Notes under the pieces: model-generated | Told to the model about the DNA's origin: nothing | The model's input: the letters and a program-made list of their open reading frames with translations, nothing else | Database searches by the model: none | Made by a program: the position numbers and the translations under genes | Virus record (IMG/VR): IMGVR_UViG_3300035363_000016 | Span: 1-6,499 of that record | Origin: a virus | DNA: 6,499 nt | Reading direction: 5' to 3' (one strand) | Shown here: one piece after another, positions 1 to 5,186 of the stretch | Numbering within the stretch: the first letter of the stretch is position 1 | Layout of the letters: the number at the start of each line of letters is the position of its first letter

Positions 1-73
1 TGCTTCCGGTAAAGTTTCACAAGCTAAAGCTAATCGTTGCTTTGGTTTTTATCGTCGCCTTCTTAATGAAGGT
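1..73. repeat. Terminal direct repeat, left copy, identical to 6427-6499. It marks circular closure of a 6426-bp genome.
   Basis: Base-by-base comparison shows that the 73 nt at the window start equal the last 73 nt. The repeat lies inside one continuous reading frame (gII), which fits a wrapped circular molecule. Confidence 0.95.
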
Positions 74-277
74 TATGATAATGTCAGTCAAACGATGGAG
101 CGCACTACATTTTGGCGCAATATTCAACTTTTGACTGATGTGGGGTTGTCTAAAGCTCAATTAATGAACCTTACTGCTGAAAATAATGTTATTCCTTTGA
201 TGCGTATTATTAATGTCGATTTTAGCAATCAATTCCCTGTGTGGTATCAAGAGCCACAATCACGCCTTTATGCTTAA
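2..277 (+). CDS. gII: C-terminal part of replication initiation endonuclease pII, and of the nested pX. It continues the ORF that starts at 5468 once the genome is circularised.
   Basis: The frame starting at base 2 is open to TAA at 275-277 and is in phase with 5468..6499 across the 73-nt overlap. The translation ...GFYRRLLNEGYDNVSQTMERTTFWRNIQLL..KAQLMNLTAENNVIPLMRIINVDFSNQFPVWYQEP matches the f1 pII C-terminus as I remember it (..GFYRRLVNEGYDSVALTMPRNSFW..KSQLMNLSTCNNVVPLVRFINVDFSSQRPDWYNEP). The full protein would be 411 aa, against 410 in f1. Confidence 0.9.
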   Translation, partial: ASGKVSQAKANRCFGFYRRLLNEGYDNVSQTMERTTFWRNIQLLTDVGLSKAQLMNLTAENNVIPLMRIINVDFSNQFPVWYQEPQSRLYA

Positions 278-280
278 CGT

Positions 281-300
281 TTTGCGCATGCGCAAATTTT
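281..300 (+). terminator. Perfect 16-bp palindrome TTTGCGCATGCGCAAA (281-296) followed by TTTT. Candidate weak intrinsic terminator/attenuator or operator between gII/gX and gV.
   Basis: Seen directly: the stem UUUGCG/CGCAAA with loop CAUG is followed by a T-run. It lies 4 nt after the gII stop and just upstream of the gV SD (GGAG, 307-310). Confidence 0.35.
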
Positions 301-316
301 ATTTCTGGAGATTATT

Positions 317-586
317 ATGCTGAATGTAGAAGTTAAACCACGTCAGGAAGTTCTCAACACCCGTTCTGGCACTTCCGCTAAAACTGGTAAAGATTATGTA
401 ATGCACGAACAGGGTTGTTATGTTGATCTTGGTGGTGATTATCCTGTCGAAATCAAAATTAACATTCCTGATGGCCAATTGCCTTATCGTGCTGGAAATT
501 ACACTATTGATTTATCCAGCTTCCGTGTTGATGGTTATGGACGTCTTATGGTTGATCGCGTAAAACTTTTGCCGAAAGAAAAATAA
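317..586 (+). CDS. gV: ssDNA-binding protein pV (89 aa)
   Basis: SD GGAG lies 6 nt upstream of the ATG. The translation MLNVEVKPRQEVLNTRSGTSAKTGKDYVMHEQGCYVDLGGDYPVEIKINIPDGQLPYRAGNYTIDLSSFRVDGYGRLMVDRVKLLP resembles f1 pV (MIKVEIKPSQAQFTTRSGVSRQGKPYSLNEQLCYVDLGNEYPVLVKITLDEGQPAYAPGLYTVHLSSFKVGQFGSLMIDRLRLVP). The size and the position after gII are both correct. Confidence 0.92.
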   Translation: MLNVEVKPRQEVLNTRSGTSAKTGKDYVMHEQGCYVDLGGDYPVEIKINIPDGQLPYRAGNYTIDLSSFRVDGYGRLMVDRVKLLPKEK

Positions 587-587
587 T

Positions 588-782
588 ATGGATATCGGCG
601 GCACTATTTGTGATTCAGCTAATACATGTCAGCAAATAATTTTGAAAGTCTCTGACCTATCCGCTGATTATGACTATGTTCATATTAGTCAGGTTTGGGG
701 TATAGGTTTTTCCTCGGTTCTGGGATTGTGGCTAGTTTCATACTGTCTCGGGACTATTGTTAAAGCTGTTCGTAACTCTTAG
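588..782 (+). CDS. Putative minor virion-tip protein in the gVII/gIX slot. It is a single 64-aa ORF with one C-terminal hydrophobic segment.
   Basis: The start overlaps the gV stop (TAATATG) and has no SD of its own. This matches the translational coupling of gVII to gV in Ff. The C-terminal 32 aa ISQVWGIGFSSVLGLWLVSYCLGTIVKAVRNS align without gaps to f1 pIX as I remember it (MSVLVYSFASFVLGWCLRSGITYFTRLMETSS), sharing the SxVLG..L.S core. I found no separate second small ORF in any + frame. Confidence 0.6.
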   Translation: MDIGGTICDSANTCQQIILKVSDLSADYDYVHISQVWGIGFSSVLGLWLVSYCLGTIVKAVRNS

Positions 783-790
783 GTGATACC

Positions 791-1024
791 ATGAAATTCA
801 AAAAACTTTTCAATACCGCTGTTATTTCTGCGCTGGCTGTATCTTCTTCTGCTTTTGCGGCTGAGGGTAGCACTGGTTTCAATATTGATTTCAGCGCCCT
901 TTCTAATAACATCGATTTCTCAGGTGTTATTACTGTATTGATGACTATTGCTGCTGGCGCTATTGGCATTTCTCTTGCCATTGCTGGTATTAAACACATT
1001 AAGAGCCTCGTTCGCTCTTCCTAA
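791..1024 (+). CDS. gVIII: Major coat protein pVIII precursor (77 aa). Predicted 23-aa signal peptide and a mature protein of about 54 aa starting AEGST.
   Basis: SD AGGTGA lies at 781-786. The signal peptide MKFKKLFNTAVISALAVSSSAFA is followed by AEG, as in f1 (..SFA/AEGDD). The layout is an acidic N-terminus, a hydrophobic core VITVLMTIAAGAIGISLAIAG, and a basic C-terminus KHIKSLVRSS. An intrinsic terminator follows immediately, as in Ff. Confidence 0.9.
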   Translation: MKFKKLFNTAVISALAVSSSAFAAEGSTGFNIDFSALSNNIDFSGVITVLMTIAAGAIGISLAIAGIKHIKSLVRSS

Positions 1025-1039
1025 TAACTTTAATATGGT

Positions 1040-1067
1040 ATAGGGAGGTTAAACCCTCCCTATTTTT
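1040..1067 (+). terminator. Rho-independent terminator after gVIII
   Basis: The 9-bp stem ATAGGGAGG (1040-1048) / CCTCCCTAT (1055-1063) is followed by TTTT. Its position corresponds to the central terminator downstream of gVIII in Ff phages. Confidence 0.8.
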
Positions 1068-1113
1068 ATATGGCTCAAATATTAGATTTGGTTGTATTCC
1101 TCTGGGGGTTGTT

Positions 1114-2373
1114 ATGCGCTTGGGCTGTCATTCGTGGTTTTGGATCGCTTTAACTCTCCTTCCTATATCTGCTTCTGCTGCTGTAGTACCCGGTCAATAT
1201 AAATCAGCTACAGTCACTAATTCTGTAAAAACTCTTGTAGAAAAAAAACTTATTGAACGTGGATTTAGTGCTGCTGATTCCCGTTATCCAGCTACTTTAT
1301 CTTCTGTATCTTCTCAGAGTAATAAAATAGCCAATTTCGCTAAGACTGTTTCTATCTCAGGCATTACGGGAAGAAGCTGGTTGACTGCTGGCTTACGTTC
1401 AGCTTTGTTTGGTCGTGGTGCTGTTGTTGCTCTCGCTGCTGGAGCAACTTTAGAGTGGTTGCTTAAAGATGAGGATAACATCCAGATTACAACCTATGAG
1501 CAATCTGATGATGTTGGCCTTGCTGGGTATTACTGGGGCTCTGCTAGCCGTTATGCCCCTACTGTAACGGAGATCGCAAATGGCGTTTGTTCTGCTTATC
1601 AGTATTGCAACCATTTTGTTATCCAGTCCTATAACGCTAATCCATCTCGTGAAGATTTGCGTACCGTTCGCTACTATCTCGATGCTGCGGGCAAGAATGA
1701 ATGGTCGTCAAGCACCGTTACGCGCTTCCCATGTAACAGAGATAGTACGGCTATTGCTTCTTGTCAGCCTGATTATGTTTCAACTGGCAAACCAGTAACT
1801 ACAGTTCTCCCCTATCAGGAAGCTGTTAATACCTTAACTGAGGAAGATCTTAAGAAAGAGCTTAACCCTCAGATTATTGCGGACATCGCGAATAATGTCT
1901 GGCAGCAGGCATCCAATGAGCCTGGTTATGGTGGTGTGCCTTATTCCTCTGCTTATGCTGCAACTTCTGCTGACGCAGCTGCATCAACAGCAACTAAACC
2001 TAAGGTTGGTGATTTGGTTGTGCCCGATCCCGCGTTCGGCACTGATACTGCTACGGAACCTGACCCAAGCACCGGTTCAGGTGGTGACTCTACTATTATT
2101 GGTAAAGATCCCGGCGTTGCCTCCCCTACGTTAGAACCAACTTATACGGCCAAGCAGATAATTGCGCCTATTGAAAACTCAATGCCTTTTTTAACTAACC
2201 TTGAATTACCGGTTAAATCAGCTGTTTGCCCAACTTATTCTTTTGATTGGAATGGCAAAACTTTTACTGCTGATGTTCATTGTGACTTAATTGAGAAATA
2301 TAAAACCATTATTCAGTTAATAGCTTCTATTTGCTGGTCTATTGTTGCGCTTAGAATGATTCTTTCAGCATAA
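1114..2373 (+). CDS. gIII: Minor coat / adsorption protein pIII (419 aa)
   Basis: It sits after gVIII and its terminator and has an Ff-like size (f1 pIII is 424 aa). It has an N-terminal signal peptide (..LLPISASA/AVVPG), paired Cys residues (CSAYQYC, CNRDSTAIASC, C..HC), and a P/T/D/A-rich linker. The C-terminal anchor region ..FDWNGKTFTADVHCDLIEKYKTIIQLIASICWSIVALRMILSA is similar in layout to f1 ..YEFSIDCDKINLFRGVFAFLLYVATFMYVF. I cannot assign the N-terminal receptor-binding part to any family. Confidence 0.8.
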   Translation: MRLGCHSWFWIALTLLPISASAAVVPGQYKSATVTNSVKTLVEKKLIERGFSAADSRYPATLSSVSSQSNKIANFAKTVSISGITGRSWLTAGLRSALFGRGAVVALAAGATLEWLLKDEDNIQITTYEQSDDVGLAGYYWGSASRYAPTVTEIANGVCSAYQYCNHFVIQSYNANPSREDLRTVRYYLDAAGKNEWSSSTVTRFPCNRDSTAIASCQPDYVSTGKPVTTVLPYQEAVNTLTEEDLKKELNPQIIADIANNVWQQASNEPGYGGVPYSSAYAATSADAAASTATKPKVGDLVVPDPAFGTDTATEPDPSTGSGGDSTIIGKDPGVASPTLEPTYTAKQIIAPIENSMPFLTNLELPVKSAVCPTYSFDWNGKTFTADVHCDLIEKYKTIIQLIASICWSIVALRMILSA

Positions 2374-2383
2374 GGATTAATAT

Positions 2384-2671
2384 ATGTTTGGCATTGTTCT
2401 CTCTGCATTGAATACTGTTTTAGGTTTTGTGCTCCGTGGTGTTGTTGTAAAGTTTTTGGTAATGGGAGCATGTTATTATGTTGTATCAGAGTTATTTGGT
2501 TATATAACTTATTTATTACCACAAAATACTGATATTGTTGATTTATATAATATGCTTCCTGATTCTATGATTTTTTTTAGTAACTTGTTTCTGTTGCCAT
2601 ATGGCTTAAAAATAGCATTTTCAGCAATGTTTACACGTTTTATTATTCGCAGAATACCTTTGGTGGGTTGA
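2384..2671 (+). CDS. gVI: Minor coat protein pVI-like small membrane protein (95 aa)
   Basis: SD AAGGA lies at 2372-2376. It is a very hydrophobic protein with several predicted membrane segments, placed between gIII and gI. Its stop is coupled to the gI start (TGATATG). The call rests on position and composition. Sequence similarity to f1 pVI is not evident by eye. Confidence 0.7.
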   Translation: MFGIVLSALNTVLGFVLRGVVVKFLVMGACYYVVSELFGYITYLLPQNTDIVDLYNMLPDSMIFFSNLFLLPYGLKIAFSAMFTRFIIRRIPLVG

Positions 2672-2672
2672 T

Positions 2673-3698
2673 ATGTCTATTCATGCTTATGTTGGAATAC
2701 CGGGTTCCGGTAAGTCCTATGAGGTTGTAGGGAGTGTTATACTTCCTGCCTTTATTCAGGGTCGTAAAATAATAACTAATATATCCGGCATTAATTTGCA
2801 GGCATTTATTGATTATTGTGAAGCTGATAAAAAAATCGACTCTTCAAAATTAGGAACTATTGAAATAGTATCTGATTCTGATGTATTAAAGGATAACTTC
2901 TTTCCCAACAATGGCATAGACGACCCAATTTGTAAGCCAGGAAGCCTTATTTGTCTTGATGAAATTCATAAATTTTGGGAAAAGGATAGTAAACTATCAG
3001 ATAAGGCTAAGGAGTTCTTCGCGGAGCATCGTCACTTTGCTGACCCAGAAACTAAATCTACATGTGATGTTGTATTAATAACGCAATCAGTTAAGTCTAT
3101 TGCTTTGTTTATCCGTCATCGTATTGAGTCTGTTTTCTCAATGCACAAACTTATTGCTGTTGGTAAAAATAATAGATTTAGGGTCGATATTTATAGCTCT
3201 TCTGATTTAAAACCTGTCAATAAAATAACTTCTTATCAGAAGAAGTATGATTCAAAAATTTATGCCTTATATAAGTCACATTTCGTTAATGGTGCTGTTG
3301 AGAATGTTGTAGATAATAGAACTAATATTTTTGCAAAAAAATCTCTCTGGGTAAAAATGATTTTGTGCTTATTATTTATTTTTGGTGCTATTTATCAGGT
3401 CTACTCATTTTTGCACCCAAAATCTGATAAGCCTGAAATTGTTAATAATGAGAATCACGTAAATTCTGAACCTCCTAAAATTACAGAAATTAATACTGTG
3501 ATAAAGGAGCCTACCTATAAACTCTCATCTTATTGGAGAATAACAGGCGAATTAAATAATTCTAAAGGTAAGTTTATTATTATTGCTTCGAAAGATGGTG
3601 TTATTCGTTTATTAGATAGAGATCTTTTCTTTGGAAATGACTTAACAATGTATGGGATTGTTGATAATGAAAAAGTTACTTATTACAGTGGTGTATAA
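2673..3698 (+). CDS. gI: Assembly ATPase pI, Zot family (341 aa)
   Basis: Walker A is GIPGSGKSY near the N-terminus and Walker B-like is SLICLDEIHKFW. A single TM segment LWVKMILCLLFIFGAIYQVYSFL lies about two thirds along, followed by a periplasmic C-terminal domain. The N-terminus MSIHAYVGIPGSGKSYEVVGSVILPAFIQGRKIITNISGINL resembles CTXphi Zot ([42 protein letters not shown]) more than f1 pI (MAVYFVTGKLGSGKTLVSVGKIQDKIVAGCKIATNLDL). Confidence 0.9.
   Translation: MSIHAYVGIPGSGKSYEVVGSVILPAFIQGRKIITNISGINLQAFIDYCEADKKIDSSKLGTIEIVSDSDVLKDNFFPNNGIDDPICKPGSLICLDEIHKFWEKDSKLSDKAKEFFAEHRHFADPETKSTCDVVLITQSVKSIALFIRHRIESVFSMHKLIAVGKNNRFRVDIYSSSDLKPVNKITSYQKKYDSKIYALYKSHFVNGAVENVVDNRTNIFAKKSLWVKMILCLLFIFGAIYQVYSFLHPKSDKPEIVNNENHVNSEPPKITEINTVIKEPTYKLSSYWRITGELNNSKGKFIIIASKDGVIRLLDRDLFFGNDLTMYGIVDNEKVTYYSGV
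3357..3698 (+). CDS. gXI: Possible nested pXI (113 aa) from the in-frame internal ATG of gI, just before the TM segment
   Basis: The in-frame Met (codon 229 of gI) lies immediately before the membrane segment (MILCLLFIFGAIY..). This mirrors f1, where pXI (108 aa) starts at an internal Met just upstream of the pI TM helix. The call is by analogy only. I saw no strong SD. Confidence 0.35.
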   Translation: MILCLLFIFGAIYQVYSFLHPKSDKPEIVNNENHVNSEPPKITEINTVIKEPTYKLSSYWRITGELNNSKGKFIIIASKDGVIRLLDRDLFFGNDLTMYGIVDNEKVTYYSGV

Positions 3699-3699
3699 T

Positions 3700-4905
3700 A
3701 TGAAATCCTTTATTGCTTTATTAACTTTAATCCCCTTTATTGTAACGGCTAAAGGCGTTGATTTTTCTCTTGATGGAGTCACTATTCCAAAGTCTGTATC
3801 TTTTATTTATACGAAAGTCTTTAATAAGCCTTTCATGATTGCACCTGAGATTATTGAAGATTCACGTCTAGTTTCTTTTCATATAACTCCTGATTTAGAT
3901 GAAAAACAGTTTTATGTTAGGTATTTAAATAACATGGGCGTTGGTGTTTCTTCTAAAAATGGCGTTGATTATATTTATAAGATTAAAGAGCAGGAATTAA
4001 AGATACCTTCATATACATTTACTTATAAACCGAAATATAGGTCGGTAAGTTATTTGAATGGTGTACTAAAAACTGTAGTACCTGACGGCTCTTTCGGAGC
4101 TGCTGACAATAATGTTAATGGTGTATCAATAACCTCTAAATCTATGGGTAGTCTTAACGTTGCATCTTCTGGTGATGTATTCGTTTACTATGGGCCTCGC
4201 GCCTCAATTGCTCGTCTTGAGGCGGTTATACCATCTGTCGATACGCCTACTGACGAAGTGTATGTTGGTGGCTATGTCTATGAGGTACAGACGACTCAGC
4301 GTAATGGCTCTGGGCTTGCCATTGCTGCCAACCTACTAAATCAGAAGCTGAGCATTCAAATTGGTAATCCCCTTGGTTCTGGGTCGGATAACTTCATAAA
4401 GTTCAGTAGCGGCTCTCTCAGTGCGTTGTATGAGCTGTTTAACACTGATAGCAGGTTTACTGTTGTTAGTTCCCCTGCTTTGCGTGCGCGTTCTGGTAGC
4501 CAGGCTAGTTTTGCTGTTGGATCAGATGTGCCTGTACTTGGTCAGGTAAGCTATCAGGGTGATTCTGCTGTGCAGTCAGTTGAGTATCGTTCAAGTGGAG
4601 TTATTTTTAACGTTTATCCAGAAGTTAGACAAAATTCAATTGATTTAACTATTAGCCAGGAGCTATCTAATTTCGCCAAAACTGAAACCGGAGTTAATAA
4701 CTCCCCAACATTAATTAAAAGAAATATCCAAACATCAGTTTCTGTTAGCGATGGCGATATTATTATGATTGGTGGCCTTGCTGATAATAAAGATAATAAT
4801 CAAGGTACTGGTTTATCTTTCCTTCCTTGGTTTAAAACTGAGGGTAACGAGAAGAGTAAGACAGATATTGTCATTGTACTGCAAGCGAAGAAGGTTAAGC
4901 GGTAG
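3700..4905 (+). CDS. gIV: Outer-membrane secretin pIV (401 aa from ATG 3700; the ORF is open from 3652)
   Basis: ATG 3700 overlaps the gI stop in the same TAATATG junction used at gV/ORF64, and it gives a typical signal peptide MKSFIALLTLIPFIVTAKG. Secretin-domain hallmarks are VYVGGYVYEVQ..., ..FTVVSSPALRARSGSQASFAVGSDVPV.., ..SVSDGDIIMIGGLADNK..GLSFLPWF.. and a C-terminal ..IVIVLQAKKV. The position downstream of gI is correct. Confidence 0.88.
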   Translation: MKSFIALLTLIPFIVTAKGVDFSLDGVTIPKSVSFIYTKVFNKPFMIAPEIIEDSRLVSFHITPDLDEKQFYVRYLNNMGVGVSSKNGVDYIYKIKEQELKIPSYTFTYKPKYRSVSYLNGVLKTVVPDGSFGAADNNVNGVSITSKSMGSLNVASSGDVFVYYGPRASIARLEAVIPSVDTPTDEVYVGGYVYEVQTTQRNGSGLAIAANLLNQKLSIQIGNPLGSGSDNFIKFSSGSLSALYELFNTDSRFTVVSSPALRARSGSQASFAVGSDVPVLGQVSYQGDSAVQSVEYRSSGVIFNVYPEVRQNSIDLTISQELSNFAKTETGVNNSPTLIKRNIQTSVSVSDGDIIMIGGLADNKDNNQGTGLSFLPWFKTEGNEKSKTDIVIVLQAKKVKR

Positions 4906-4954
4906 TTCGTGACAGCCCCCCGGAGGAACGAGGAGGGCGGTCACGAACTACCGC
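4899..4954 (+). other. Long imperfect hairpin directly after, and overlapping, the gIV stop. Candidate packaging signal and/or terminator (f1 hairpin A equivalent).
   Basis: The 15-bp perfect stem GCGGTAGTTCGTGAC (4899-4913) / GTCACGAACTACCGC (4940-4954) can extend through further G:C pairs in the interior (GCCC/GGGC). In Ff the packaging-signal hairpin occupies this same position at the start of the IG. Confidence 0.6.
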
Positions 4955-4995
4955 CCTTCTTCCCGCCACGTTTACCATTGTCAAATCGTCAAGTT

Positions 4996-5097
4996 CTAAA
5001 TCGTGGGGGCCCCTTTGGGGTTCCGATTTAGTGCTTGATGACTCCACCCTTTTACATCCTTGTTATGGGTGATGGATCACGTAGTGGGCCATCGCCC
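4996..5097 (+). promoter_or_regulatory. Minus-strand (complementary-strand) origin, equivalent to f1 hairpins B and C
   Basis: Hairpin 4996-5031 has stems CTAAATCG/CGATTTAG and inner CCCC-TTT-GGGG. Hairpin 5067-5097 pairs GGGTGATGG with CCATCGCCC. The sequence TCTAAATCGTGGGGGCCCCTTTGGGGTTCCGATTTAGTGCTT....GGGTGATGGATCACGTAGTGGGCCATCGCCCTG is close to the f1 IG as I remember it (CTCTAAATCGGGGGCTCCCTTTAGGGTTCCGATTTAGTGCTT...GGGTGATGGTTCACGTAGTGGGCCATCGCCCTG). Confidence 0.8.
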
Positions 5098-5141
5098 TGT
5101 TAAGCCGGTTTTGATTTTGCCTTCAGCCTCGCCGCAGGCGA

Positions 5142-5182
5142 TCCACTATGTTTAATAGTGGACTCTTGTTGCATTTTGCAAC
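5142..5182 (+). promoter_or_regulatory. Plus-strand origin core: pII nick hairpin plus the adjacent pII-binding hairpin. The predicted nick lies between T5153 and A5154.
   Basis: TCCACTAT-GTTTA-ATAGTGGA (5142-5162) is followed by CTCTTGTTGCATTTTGCAAC, with stem GTTGCA/TGCAAC at 5168-5182. The f1 origin reads GAGTCCACGTTCTTT/AATAGTGGACTCTTGTTCCAAACTGGAAC. The block TTTAATAGTGGACTCTTGTT is identical in both. Confidence 0.8.
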
Positions 5183-5186
5183 GTGC

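Noticed and set aside
95-277. 60-aa ORF listed as a separate + strand ORF at the window start
   Set aside because: It is not an independent gene. It is simply the first in-frame Met of the gII/gX C-terminal segment, which is truncated by the window boundary.
760-999. 79-aa minus-strand ORF antisense to gVIII
   Set aside because: It lies entirely inside the well-supported gVIII, shows no evident SD, and has an Ala/Ile-rich mirror composition typical of the antisense frame of a hydrophobic coat gene.
1580-2134. Two alternative-frame + ORFs inside gIII (1580-1798, 72 aa; 1877-2134, 85 aa)
   Set aside because: Both are out-of-frame overlaps within gIII. Their products are Leu/Ile/Arg-rich and low in complexity, and there is no SD or independent support.
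2313-2522. 69-aa minus-strand ORF spanning the gIII/gVI junction
   Set aside because: It is antisense to two supported genes in an AT-rich stretch, has no SD, and the sequence is not protein-like.
3652-3699. Upstream in-frame starts for gIV (ATG 3652 and ATG 3667), overlapping the end of gI
   Set aside because: ATG 3700 gives a canonical signal peptide directly at the N-terminus and reuses the TAATATG coupling junction seen at gV/ORF64. The longer forms would bury the signal peptide behind 11-16 extra residues. They cannot be excluded without experimental data.
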